64,000 nt of DNA from a bacterium (GCA_030704665.1 JAUYID010000009.1:163-64162); one strand, 5' to 3'. Shown: positions 31,253 through 40,547, counted from the stretch's first letter. The notes: generated from the sequence alone by a model not told the origin. Made by a program: numbers and translations.

Positions 31253-32614
31253 TTAATTCGACTGGGGAACTCCGGGCGGGGCTAAAGCAGACGAAAGGCC
31301 GAATTTTTCAAGGGTCGGTTCAATTTCTTTGGCAATCGTAATGATACTTCCCAACTGGTCGTCTGAGGTGGCACTCAGATCAAGCCATTTCCGAAAGCTT
31401 TCGACAATCTTTCCATTGAGAAGATCCTCGCCTGTATCCGAATTCAAATACCAAGTTTTGGCAAAAGGTGCTTGTTTTACGTAAGGGGCTAAAAGAGGGT
31501 CGCCGGTCAGCTCGGCAGCCATCGCCACCCGAGGGTAAGCTCGACCAAGACCACGAATTTTTGTTTCAAGAATAAAGATTTTTTTTAGTGCACTCTCTTC
31601 AGAAAGAAACTTAGCGAATTTCCAAGCCTCAAGCTGATTCTCACCCGCGGCGTTGACGGCGTTGGCCCAATAACTTCCCCAGCTGACCGGATCAGACTCA
31701 ACTACTTGGGGGACCGGGGCAACACCAAAACTAAGTTTGACACCTTTATCTTTGGCAATTTCGGAAATTTCGGCTAGTTTGTAGGCTGGAAAAAAGGCCA
31801 TGGCGACCTTACCCTGCGCAAAAGCTTCAAGCGAAGGTGGTAAGATCGCTTCCCAAACCTTGTATTTGGAAGCAAAGTTTAAATAAACCAGAAGAGCGTC
31901 TGCTCCTAAATTCCTACCATCGAGGGAGGAGTTGGAAGCAAGGAAGTTCTTTTTATCTTTGATGAAGCTAACTTTATTCTGCAAAAGCAACTGTCCAACA
32001 ATCTCAGAGAAATAGTCAACATTTTTACTACTTCCCAGAGCGACTCCGGCGGTTTTGATTTTGCCGCGATCATCGTAATTGGTAATGACAGAGGCCATGT
32101 TAACCAGGGAATCAAGGTCTTTTGGAGGAGAGTCAAAACCTTTGGCTTTGAGTAAAGTTTTGTTGTAAACCAAGGCCAGACCATCAATTTCCAAAGGGAT
32201 TCCTCGATAAGAACCGTTTGACTTTAAACTTTCTTTGACGAGAGGGTAAAAGGTTTTTTCAAACTCAGAGCTCGAATAAATTTCATCAGGAAGACTGGCC
32301 AGGTGACTGCCTAGCACAGGCAGCCAACCGCTGTGGGACCAAAAGAGATCTGGCCCATTCTTTTCGCCCAGGGCTTTGTTTAGGAAAGAAAAATAGCTGC
32401 TTGCATTTTTCTGCTCGTATTCGATGATGATGTTGGGGTTTTTCTTTTGGTACTCTTCCTTGAGAGGGTTAATCGCTTCCGGATCCCAAAGACCGAGATA
32501 GTGAAGAACGACCGGTCCGGGAGCCTTTTTTCGGGAGAAAAACAGGACTAAGACAATACTGAGAACCAGAAAAAGAACAAGTCCAACAATGATGAAAGGC
32601 AGAAAGCGCTTCAT
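31253..32614 (-). CDS. Membrane-anchored extracellular solute-binding protein (family 1, sugar-type)
   Basis: TM anchor, GPDLFW, GIPLEIDGLALVYNK, AFAQGKVAM, AWKFAKFL. Confidence 0.85.
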   Translation of the reverse strand: MKRFLPFIIVGLVLFLVLSIVLVLFFSRKKAPGPVVLHYLGLWDPEAINPLKEEYQKKNPNIIIEYEQKNASSYFSFLNKALGEKNGPDLFWSHSGWLPVLGSHLASLPDEIYSSSEFEKTFYPLVKESLKSNGSYRGIPLEIDGLALVYNKTLLKAKGFDSPPKDLDSLVNMASVITNYDDRGKIKTAGVALGSSKNVDYFSEIVGQLLLQNKVSFIKDKKNFLASNSSLDGRNLGADALLVYLNFASKYKVWEAILPPSLEAFAQGKVAMAFFPAYKLAEISEIAKDKGVKLSFGVAPVPQVVESDPVSWGSYWANAVNAAGENQLEAWKFAKFLSEESALKKIFILETKIRGLGRAYPRVAMAAELTGDPLLAPYVKQAPFAKTWYLNSDTGEDLLNGKIVESFRKWLDLSATSDDQLGSIITIAKEIEPTLEKFGLSSALAPPGVPQSN

Positions 32615-33486
32615 TCCGCAATTTTTTCTTTAAGATATTTTTTAACTTCGTCACCGAAATCAGGATGCTCAAGGCCAATATCGATCAGGGCCTTTAAATA
32701 ACCAAACTTATCCCCAGTGTCGTAATAAACACCGTTTTTGATCTCAATTGTATAAACATCCTGAATTTTCAACAAATGGTTCAGCGCGTCCACGTAAACC
32801 AACTCTTGACCTTCTTCCACCTCGACTGCTTCGATAGCGTCGAAAATTTCCGGGGTGAAAAGAAATCCAGAGACAATTGCTAAATCAGAAGGGACTTTGT
32901 CTTGCCCAGGTTTTTCGATGACCCTGTCTACTTTAACCACTCCATCAGCAATTTCTTTGCCTGCGGCAAAACCGTATTTTTTTGTGTCCTCTGGTTTGCT
33001 AGTTTTGTAACCTGAAAGTATCGATGAACCATACTTTTCGTAAGCTGCAACCAGCTGTTGGGAACGAGTTGGGTTTGACTTGATAAAATCATCCCCCCAA
33101 AGGACGAGAAAAGGTTCGTTGCCAACAATGTGGCGAGCATTGAGTATTGGAGTAGCGTTGCCGAGGTGGCCCTTTTGACGGATGTAGATAAAGTTGGCGA
33201 GGTTGGCGATTTCGCGAATCTCAGCTAGTTCTTTTTCTTTACCCGAAGCTTCCAATCTTTTTTCAAGTTCGAAGGGGTAGTCAAAGTGATCCTCAATACT
33301 TTTTTTGTGCCAACCAGTGACGATGATCACATCCTCAATACCAGCTGAAACTGCGTCCTCAACCACGTATTGGATGATTGGCTTGTCGATCAGGGGGAGC
33401 ATTTCCTTCGGCATCGCCTTGGTAGCGGGGAGAAAACGGGTTCCGAAACCGGCTGCCGGAATAATACACTTACGAATCTTTTTCAT
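32611..33486 (-). CDS. galU: UTP--glucose-1-phosphate uridylyltransferase
   Basis: IPAAGFGTRFLPATKAMPKEMLP, IEDHFD, IEKP. Confidence 0.95.
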   Translation of the reverse strand: MKKIRKCIIPAAGFGTRFLPATKAMPKEMLPLIDKPIIQYVVEDAVSAGIEDVIIVTGWHKKSIEDHFDYPFELEKRLEASGKEKELAEIREIANLANFIYIRQKGHLGNATPILNARHIVGNEPFLVLWGDDFIKSNPTRSQQLVAAYEKYGSSILSGYKTSKPEDTKKYGFAAGKEIADGVVKVDRVIEKPGQDKVPSDLAIVSGFLFTPEIFDAIEAVEVEEGQELVYVDALNHLLKIQDVYTIEIKNGVYYDTGDKFGYLKALIDIGLEHPDFGDEVKKYLKEKIAE

Positions 33487-33573
33487 TGTTTTGAACCTAA
33501 GTGAATTAATGGTATCATAGGTATGAGAAGAGAGGCAAATTAATCTCCAGAGAAAGGTGGTGAATAAAAATTT

Positions 33574-34152
33574 ATGTTAAAGAAAAATCCCAACCAACGT
33601 GTTGGTGTTTTCGTTGATGTCCAAAATATGTACTACTCGGCCAAAAACCTTTATGAAGGTCAGCGGGTCAATTTCAGCCAGATTTTGGAAAAGGCCACCG
33701 CTGGTCGACAAATGATTCGTGCTTTTGCTTACGTCATTAAAGCTTCAATGCCTGAGGAGCAGACCTTTTTTGATGCTCTCGAAAAGGCCGGTTTTGAAGT
33801 CAAAAGTAAAGATGTTCAAATTTTCCCGGGTGGGGTAAAAAAAGGTGATTGGGACGTCGGAATTGCGATCGATATGATTCGCCTCGCCCCAAGACTAGAT
33901 GTTCTAGTTTTGGTCTCTGGTGATGGGGACTACATTAACCTAGTCGAATATCTCCAAAACCAAGGCTACCGAGTCGAGTCGATGAGTTTTGGCAAATCTA
34001 CTTCTGGGAAACTGATCGAGCAAATCGATGAGTTCACGGATATGGATGAAAATTATCAACAGTATCTTTTCCCGATGAAAAGCTCAAAAGTCAGACGCAG
34101 TTTCCGACCCAAGTCTGATCCTGGCTCAACTCCGATCTTGCCCGAACTTTAG
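33574..34152 (+). CDS. NYN domain (LabA/DUF88, PIN-like) protein
   Basis: VFVDVQN, KGDWDVGIAID, LVSGDGDY; extended SD GAAAGGTGGTGA upstream. Confidence 0.92.
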   Translation: MLKKNPNQRVGVFVDVQNMYYSAKNLYEGQRVNFSQILEKATAGRQMIRAFAYVIKASMPEEQTFFDALEKAGFEVKSKDVQIFPGGVKKGDWDVGIAIDMIRLAPRLDVLVLVSGDGDYINLVEYLQNQGYRVESMSFGKSTSGKLIEQIDEFTDMDENYQQYLFPMKSSKVRRSFRPKSDPGSTPILPEL

Positions 34153-34164
34153 GTCTCTAAAAAC

Positions 34165-34227
34165 GAGAAAGCCACCCTAGGTCAAGTCAACCTGTGAAAG
34201 GTCTTCCTGATCTGGGTGGCCCTCTCT
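34165..34227 (-). terminator. Branched terminal hairpin closing the 34-35 kb RNA
   Basis: GAGAAAGCCACCCTAGGTCA...TGATCTGGGTGGCCCTCTC; followed by TTTTT on the minus strand. Confidence 0.65.
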
Positions 34228-35083
34228 CCAATCAGATGTAATTCGGTTTTGTCGACATTACAGGCCGGTCTTTCCCAAGTTAGGTCTGATCAGCCTTGTC
34301 GGCGCCGGGACGGTCGCTTAGAGCTTCTTCAGGGTGAGGTCACTTCGCATGAAGTTGTCCTTTCCATGCGCTACTCGCTCTACCTGAGCGGATCCGGCAG
34401 TGGAGAAACACTCCACTTACTAGTCACTCTCGTTTCCAAGCCAACGTCTCGAAGTTAAAGCGTCCTTTGATCGGTTACGATGAGCCGGCGGCCCTCGACA
34501 CCGTAGCGGACGCAGACTCACCCGGTGTTCTCGCCCTTCGCGAGGCGCGACGACGACGCGCAGATTTCGTCAAACAACGTCACCAGAGCGAGGGCCGGGC
34601 CGTTCTTGTTGTGGAACATCTTCACTTCCTTTCTGTTCCACTCGTGTCGGCACACCGTGTGTCGATCACACCTTTCTTCCCAGAAAAGTGCCGCGATTAT
34701 AGCGCAGTCGATCTAGGTCTTGGTTAGACCTCCATGACGTTTGTCATGGGCCGACACCTGTTTCGCTCGTCAGTACACTACGTAGGAGCGGACCAGGATA
34801 AATGAAGCCCAGGTTTTAGTCGACATGCCTCGGCTCTACGAAAGGGTTGGTAGTGGGGTTCGTCACGTGTCCGGTTTGAGCATATGCTCAGAGTCCTTTC
34901 TACTGGAGACGTTGCCACGACCCTACTACGCTGCCTAATGGTGCTGTTCTTTATCGTCGTATGACGCCGACTTGAGGTGAACATCCTCACAATTTTCCCA
35001 GAAGCCATAGCACATGGTCTTATACGGGTAAGAGTCGGTTGAACACAGCACGCTCGAACAGCGGAGTATTCTCTCTTTAATCG
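34165..35083 (-). ncRNA. Candidate large structured RNA (about 900 nt) with internal micro-ORFs
   Basis: Bounded by a consensus promoter and a terminator; no convincing long ORF; dense nested stems. Confidence 0.6.
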
Positions 35084-35088
35084 CCGTT

Positions 35089-35117
35089 ATTATAGTTAAG
35101 ACTTGCTTGCTTGTCAA
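35089..35117 (-). promoter_or_regulatory. Perfect-consensus sigma70 promoter driving the 34-35 kb RNA
   Basis: TTGACA (35117-35112), 17 nt, TATAAT (35094-35089); back-to-back with the tsaD promoter (TACAAT 35133-35138). Confidence 0.8.
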
Positions 35118-35144
35118 GTTTCTCCCCACTGGTACAATCAAACT

Positions 35145-36128
35145 ATGAAAATTTTGGGGATTGAAACTTCTTGTGATGAAACTGCTCTGGCAGTGGTTGA
35201 AGACGGACAAAGAATTTTAAGTAATGTCATTTCTTCTTCTTTACCCTTGCACACCGAGACTGGGGGAATCATTCCCGAGAGAGCTGCACGCGAACAAACA
35301 AAAGCGATCATCCCTACCTTGCAAGCAGCTTTGGACGAAGCGAGTCTAAAACTTGAACAGCTCGATGCGGTCGCGGTCACAGCCGGTCCCGGCCTGATTG
35401 GCTCTTTATTAGTTGGGGTGGAAACTGCCAAAACTCTTGCTTATTTATCCAGTCTACCTCTAGTTCCCATTAACCACTTGATCGGACACGTCTACGCCAA
35501 CTGGCTCGAAAGAGAGGTTGAACCAACTTTTCCCAATCTGGCTTTAATAGTTTCTGGGGGACACACCGAAATTTTTTTGATGTACGGACACGGAAAATTT
35601 GAACGCCTCGGGGGAACCCGTGATGACGCCGCTGGTGAGGCTTTTGACAAAGGGGCCCGCCTACTTGGTCTTCCGTATCCGGGCGGACCTTCAATTCAGA
35701 AAAAGGCGGACTTAACCAAAACAGCTCTTTATAAACTCCCCCGACCAATGCTTGGTAGCCTTGATTTTGATTTTTCTTTTTCTGGGCTAAAAACTGCTTT
35801 AGCAACTTTGATCGAAAAAGAAAACATCCGCGCTAAAGATATTCCCGCCCTTGCAGCCAGTTTCCAAGAAGCGATTGTTGATACCTTGGTAACCAAAACC
35901 TTGAAAGCTACCGAAAAGTACAGGGTAAAAACAATTCTTCTTTCTGGTGGAGTTGCGGCCAACCAAAGGTTGCGGAACAAGTTCCAAGAAAGTTTCGATG
36001 GGGAAATAATTGTTTCTCGACCTGACTTGTCCGTCGACAACGGGGCGATGATTGCCGCCGCCGCTTTTTACAATTTTAAGAAAACGGGTTGGGACACAGT
36101 ACAAACCGATCCTGGCTTACTGCTTTAA
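35145..36128 (+). CDS. tsaD: tRNA N6-adenosine threonylcarbamoyltransferase
   Basis: MKILGIETSCDET, GPGL, HLIGH, VSGGHT, DDAAGEAFDK, FSFSGLKT, DNGAMI; ATG at 35145. Confidence 0.96.
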   Translation: MKILGIETSCDETALAVVEDGQRILSNVISSSLPLHTETGGIIPERAAREQTKAIIPTLQAALDEASLKLEQLDAVAVTAGPGLIGSLLVGVETAKTLAYLSSLPLVPINHLIGHVYANWLEREVEPTFPNLALIVSGGHTEIFLMYGHGKFERLGGTRDDAAGEAFDKGARLLGLPYPGGPSIQKKADLTKTALYKLPRPMLGSLDFDFSFSGLKTALATLIEKENIRAKDIPALAASFQEAIVDTLVTKTLKATEKYRVKTILLSGGVAANQRLRNKFQESFDGEIIVSRPDLSVDNGAMIAAAAFYNFKKTGWDTVQTDPGLLL

Positions 36129-36725
36129 CTTTCCTTCAACCTGCTCCTTGAGCAGTTCATAGTTTTGGCCACTTGAATCAAAAACTAGGGCTTGTTCTTC
36201 TGGCAAAGGCATTTGAGTCGAGGAAACTTCATACTGAAAAAGGTCTTTATCGAGAATAAAGCCTTTCTTCTCCCCTCTGGAAACTGCAAAGTTGGCTTTG
36301 CTGACTCTCTCAAAAGCGAGCTCTTCCTCAACTTGAAGGTTGATGAGAAGGAATTTACCACCCGAGCCGGCGACCAAATCCCGAATCACCTCTCTGTCGG
36401 TTCTATTTTTAACATTCGAGTCATAAACACAACTGTAACCTTGCTGAACAAGTTTCTCAATTGTTTTGCTTGCCAGCTCGAGAGACTCTTTTTGGGAATG
36501 CTCAAGCAGAGTCGATTTAGTGGTAAAAAGAAAGTGGGCCATTTGCTCATCGCTAATTAAAGCTAAGGGGAAGTCCTCACTCAACTTTGTTGCTAAGGTG
36601 CTTTTTCCTGAGCCCGGAATTCCGACAAAAAGGATTGCGACCGAAGGAGAAATTTTCTTATCTGGCAGTTTTAAAAGCCGAATGTTGTCAGCGGCTAGTT
36701 TGTCGATATTTCCCAAAACGCTCAT
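36117..36725 (-). CDS. AAA_33-type P-loop kinase
   Basis: VGIPGSGKST, VYDSNV..RTDR. Confidence 0.8.
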   Translation of the reverse strand: MSVLGNIDKLAADNIRLLKLPDKKISPSVAILFVGIPGSGKSTLATKLSEDFPLALISDEQMAHFLFTTKSTLLEHSQKESLELASKTIEKLVQQGYSCVYDSNVKNRTDREVIRDLVAGSGGKFLLINLQVEEELAFERVSKANFAVSRGEKKGFILDKDLFQYEVSSTQMPLPEEQALVFDSSGQNYELLKEQVEGKLKQ

Positions 36726-36812
36726 TCAGTTAAATTGTACCACTTCAGCAGCACTCGCTAACAAAGGTCTTCTAGCTTGAGCTTGAACAAAGCTCACGCT
36801 ATAATAAGCCGA

Positions 36813-39272
36813 ATGGAAAAGGTTTACGAACACCAAGAAGTGGAAAAGCGTTGGTACGACTTCTGGGAAAAGAAAGGTTACTTTCAACCCAGAGAAAGCA
36901 AAAAACACTTTTCAATAATCTTGCCCCCACCCAATGCCAACGGCAGACTGCACATTGGGCATGCCATGTATGTCATTGAAGATATTATGGTTCGTTACCA
37001 CCGTCTGCTCGGCGACTCAACTCTTTGGCTGCCCGGAGCTGATCACGCCGGGATTCTGACTCAAGTGGTTTACGAGCGCGAACTAGAAAAGAGCGGTAAA
37101 ACGCGCCAGGATTTGGGTCGAGAGGAATTCTTCAAACAAACTTACGCTTTTTCTCAGGAAAACAAAAAGCAGATGTATGAACAACTGCGGGCCATGGGTT
37201 TCTCTCTGGACTGGTCACGTGAAAAATTCACCTTGGATCCTGAAATAACCAAAGTTGTCTACCAAACTTTCAAAGCTCTCTACGATGACGGCCTGATTTA
37301 CCGCGGGACGCGGATGATCAACTGGTGTCCGCGCTGTGCCACGGTTCTTTCGGATCTCGAAGTGGTTCACCAAGAAAAAGAAAGTAACCTTTGGTTTATC
37401 CGCTATCCAATTAAGAATTCCAAAGAATTTGTCACTGTTGCTACCACTCGACCCGAAACGATGCTCGGCGACACTGCGGTGGCGGTACATCCGCAGGACA
37501 AGCGCTATAAAGATTTAGTCGGGAAAACGGCCATTTTACCACTCATGAACCGAGAAATCCTGATCATCGCTGATTCCTATGTCAACTCAGAGTTTGGGAC
37601 CGGTGCTGTCAAGATCACCCCAGCGCACGACCCCAATGACTACGAAATTGGCCAAAAACACAACTTAAGTCAGATCCAAGTCGTTGGCTTGGATGACAAA
37701 ATGACTGATTTATCGGGTAGTTATACTGGTCTTGATAAATATGCAGCCCGCAAACAAGTCGTTGCTGATTTGGAAAAACTCAGTTTAATTGAAAAAACCG
37801 ATCGCCTAAAAAACAACGTCGGGGTTTGTGAGCGCTGTGCTACCGTGGTGGAACCACAAGTTTCGCTGCAATGGTTTGTCGCCGTCAACAAAACCGGTAA
37901 AAGCGGGAAGAATCTGGCCAAGGACGCTCTAGCAGCTGTTAAATCTAAAAAAATTAAGATCATTCCAGCTCGTTTTGAAAAAATTTATTACAACTGGATG
38001 GAAAACATTCATGATTGGTGTATTAGCCGGCAACTGTGGTGGGGCCACCAAATTCCGGTTTGGTATTGTGGTGAGCCGAATCAAAAAAGAATGGGCTTTG
38101 CCGAAAGCATTGTTTCTCAGGTTTTAGAAAGTAAAACCAAAACTTACCGTCTACGTGATCACAGTTTTCAAGTCGGTGACAAGGTAGTTTTCGAAAATAG
38201 TGGTACGAAGAGAGTCTTTGGTCACGGAAGGATTAACGAAGTAACAAGAACAACAGTCGGTGAGCTGCCTTTAGCCGACAAAGCTCATGGCGCCGTTTAC
38301 CAGAACGTCGACGAGCTTATCGCCGCTTTCAAAAAACACAACCCAGACAAAGAAGTAACTTCCGAAACAGCCGCCTTTATTTATGGTTATGAATTCATCC
38401 CAGCAGAAAAACTGGCCAAAATTTGTGGTGAATTAATTGTTTCGTCTGAAAAACCAAAGCAATGTCCTGTTTGTGGCAACGAAAAGTTGACCCAGGATCC
38501 TGATACCCTGGACACCTGGTTTTCCTCAGGCCAGTGGCCGTTTACGACTCTTGGCTATGGACAAAAAGATGACTCTGACTTTAAAAATTTCTATCCAACC
38601 AGTGTCATGGAGACTGGCTATGACATTTTGTTCTTCTGGGTGGCGCGGATGATCATGCTTGGTTTGTACGTGACTGAAGATGTTCCTTTTCAGACAGTTT
38701 ACCTACACGGCCTGGTTCGGGATGAAAGGGGCCAAAAGATGAGTAAAAGCAAGAATAACGCCATTGATCCGCTGACCGTAGCTGAACAGTACGGTGCTGA
38801 CGCAGTGAGAATGGCCTTAGTTTTTGGAACTGGTCCTGGAAACGATGCCAACCTGGGTGAAGCTAAAATCAAAGGCATGCGCAACTTTACCAACAAACTC
38901 TGGAATATTGCCCGCTATATCATTGATATGGCCCCGGAAAAGACTGCTGAGCGTGTTGAAGAAACTGAAGATGACAAATGGATTCTAGCCGAGCTAGACA
39001 AAACTAAAACTAGTGTTACCAAGGCTCTTGATGACTATAGGTTTTCTCAGGCGGCGGAAGAGCTCTACGACTTCGTTTGGCGCCGACTGGCCGATAGGTA
39101 TATTGAAAGTACTAAGTCTCGTCGTAGTGAAGCACAGGCGGTCCTAGAGAAGGTTCTTGAGGACTCACTTCGCCTCCTCCACCCCTTCATGCCTTTCATA
39201 ACTGAGGAGATATGGCAACGCTTGCCCAACAAAAAAGGCACCTCGATAATGGTGTCCGAATGGCCAGTCTAA
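36813..39272 (+). CDS. valS: Valine--tRNA ligase with an inserted ASCH-like domain
   Basis: PPPNANGRLHIGHA, ATTRPET, DWCISRQLWWGH, DTWFSS, KMSKS; ATG at 36813. Confidence 0.97.
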   Translation: MEKVYEHQEVEKRWYDFWEKKGYFQPRESKKHFSIILPPPNANGRLHIGHAMYVIEDIMVRYHRLLGDSTLWLPGADHAGILTQVVYERELEKSGKTRQDLGREEFFKQTYAFSQENKKQMYEQLRAMGFSLDWSREKFTLDPEITKVVYQTFKALYDDGLIYRGTRMINWCPRCATVLSDLEVVHQEKESNLWFIRYPIKNSKEFVTVATTRPETMLGDTAVAVHPQDKRYKDLVGKTAILPLMNREILIIADSYVNSEFGTGAVKITPAHDPNDYEIGQKHNLSQIQVVGLDDKMTDLSGSYTGLDKYAARKQVVADLEKLSLIEKTDRLKNNVGVCERCATVVEPQVSLQWFVAVNKTGKSGKNLAKDALAAVKSKKIKIIPARFEKIYYNWMENIHDWCISRQLWWGHQIPVWYCGEPNQKRMGFAESIVSQVLESKTKTYRLRDHSFQVGDKVVFENSGTKRVFGHGRINEVTRTTVGELPLADKAHGAVYQNVDELIAAFKKHNPDKEVTSETAAFIYGYEFIPAEKLAKICGELIVSSEKPKQCPVCGNEKLTQDPDTLDTWFSSGQWPFTTLGYGQKDDSDFKNFYPTSVMETGYDILFFWVARMIMLGLYVTEDVPFQTVYLHGLVRDERGQKMSKSKNNAIDPLTVAEQYGADAVRMALVFGTGPGNDANLGEAKIKGMRNFTNKLWNIARYIIDMAPEKTAERVEETEDDKWILAELDKTKTSVTKALDDYRFSQAAEELYDFVWRRLADRYIESTKSRRSEAQAVLEKVLEDSLRLLHPFMPFITEEIWQRLPNKKGTSIMVSEWPV

Positions 39273-39273
39273 T

Positions 39274-39324
39274 GTCATTCTCAGTTTGACTGAGAATCTA
39301 GATTCTCGATTTCTCGAGAATGAC
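39274..39324. repeat. REP-like palindromic element
   Basis: GTCATTCTC...GAGAATCT-AGATTCTC...GAGAATGAC nested palindrome. Confidence 0.6.
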
Positions 39325-39339
39325 CCCTACTTTAGGCAT

Positions 39340-39412
39340 GAAAAAACGGCCGGCCTGCGAAATGCACATCGTGCCTCGCAGTTGTGGATTTAACCACAGC
39401 CGACCGTCTTCG
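39340..39412 (-). terminator. Branched terminal hairpin of the 39-41 kb insert
   Basis: AAAAAACGGCCGGC...GCCGACCGT outer stem with inner CTGCGA/TCGCAG and TGTGG/CCACA hairpins; U-tract on the minus strand. Confidence 0.6.
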
Positions 39413-39430
39413 CTCTTCTCCAATTTCCGA

Positions 39431-39931
39431 TCAGGACACCGACGCTGGTTCACCAGTCTCGATAGCGCCAGGTTCTACCAGACCGTCTCCCTCGAGGCGA
39501 TGAACCACCAAGCCAAAGACGATAACCCGATCCAGCTCCATAGCAGCCAGACGCGCCGCCTCCGCGACTCTAATAGTCGGCTCGAGACCTAAACCCAGAA
39601 GTAACCTATCCGCAACTTCAACGAGCAGATCGACACTCCCAGTCCCAGACCAGGGGTAACCCTTGAAGATCGCCACTGCTTCCTTGAGCTCACTACGAAC
39701 AATGGCAGGGTGGTTCTGGAAGAACATCATCCGGAAGGTCAGCTCAACCAGAAACTGGTTGATCACTGTGGCCCTGCGCAGCATCAGACTCAGCTTGTCG
39801 AACTGCTGCTCGTCGAGCTGGCCAGCGAGATGGGCGTTGATCAGGGTTGGCCCCACCCACTCTGGAAGGAGCTTACCGCTGATCACTCGGTAAACCAGGT
39901 CTTGCATCTGCCGAAAGTTGTCTGTAATCAC
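39431..39931 (-). CDS. Hypothetical protein
   Basis: SD AAGGAG before GTG; last gene before the terminator. Confidence 0.6.
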   Translation of the reverse strand: MITDNFRQMQDLVYRVISGKLLPEWVGPTLINAHLAGQLDEQQFDKLSLMLRRATVINQFLVELTFRMMFFQNHPAIVRSELKEAVAIFKGYPWSGTGSVDLLVEVADRLLLGLGLEPTIRVAEAARLAAMELDRVIVFGLVVHRLEGDGLVEPGAIETGEPASVS

Positions 39932-39996
39932 AGTACGTTCTCCTTCTAGCTTTCCTCAAGTCTCCAGCTTCCACCAGGCTTGTCGTCTGAGTGCGA

Positions 39997-40281
39997 CTAA
40001 TAGTCGAGTGGGTTGCACTCGTAGCAGTCGCGCTCGTCGCCAGTGTGGATTTTCCCCGCAGCGATGTGAAATGCGTCTCGGTCATCGTCCTCGACCGGAT
40101 ACATCTCATCGAACACATCGTCGTCGCTGACGCCGTGCTCGATCGACTGAAGCTCAGCGATAATCGCTCTCCTGACGGACGGTGGTGTATCGGAGGCCGT
40201 CAGCCTGGCAGTGTTGTAGTCCCCTTCTTCAGGAACCCTACCACCAGTAATCTGATCCAGCCGCTCCCAGTAAGTTGCCAA
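39997..40281 (-). CDS. Acidic hypothetical protein with a C-terminal H-x6-H-x6-CxxC
   Basis: Probable TTG start at 40281 after GAGAGGGG; ends FHIAAGKIHTGDERDCYECNPLDY. Confidence 0.55.
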   Translation of the reverse strand: MATYWERLDQITGGRVPEEGDYNTARLTASDTPPSVRRAIIAELQSIEHGVSDDDVFDEMYPVEDDDRDAFHIAAGKIHTGDERDCYECNPLDY

Positions 40282-40328
40282 AACGTTTCCCCTCTCACTC
40301 TCATGCGAGACTCTGGCTTTCCGCCAGG

Positions 40329-40547
40329 CTACTCGGTGTAGGTGACGATTGCAGTCAGGAAGATTGCTCGCCCGCCGCTTTGGAGCCACTGAACAGAGGC
40401 CCCCGGATGCTCAGCAACGAAGTTGTTCACTTCGTCCTGCAGCGTCTTCAAACGCTCTTCGTACTGACCCGCGTAACCATAGGTCGGACGACTAAACACT
40501 TGGAACATTTCCACCTTTCCCTTCTGGCTGTCGGTCTGAGTGACCAT
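40329..40547 (-). CDS. Small protein resembling Cse60/DUF2758
   Basis: SD GGAGG; LQDEVNNFVAEHP...LTAIVTYTE resembles the LExEVNxFL...AxIxY pattern (from memory). Confidence 0.55.
   Translation of the reverse strand: MVTQTDSQKGKVEMFQVFSRPTYGYAGQYEERLKTLQDEVNNFVAEHPGASVQWLQSGGRAIFLTAIVTYTE

Noticed and set aside
34757-34797. Hammerhead ribozyme (CTGACGAGCGAAAC on the minus strand)
   Set aside because: Only two nucleotides separate CUGACGA and GAAA, leaving no room for stem II, and stem I does not abut the GUC. A simple CGCTC/GAGCG hairpin explains the sequence.
34165-35083. tmRNA, RNase P RNA or group I intron identity for the large RNA
   Set aside because: No tRNA-Ala-like ends or tag ending in AA, no GAGGAAAGUCC P4 motif, and no ordered P/Q/R/S elements were seen. 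A covariance-model search is still needed to exclude divergent forms.
34216-35210. The 60-90 aa ORFs listed in the track across 34.2-35.2 kb
   Set aside because: They overlap on both strands, lack RBSs and recognisable motifs, and are expected by chance in GC-rich sequence.
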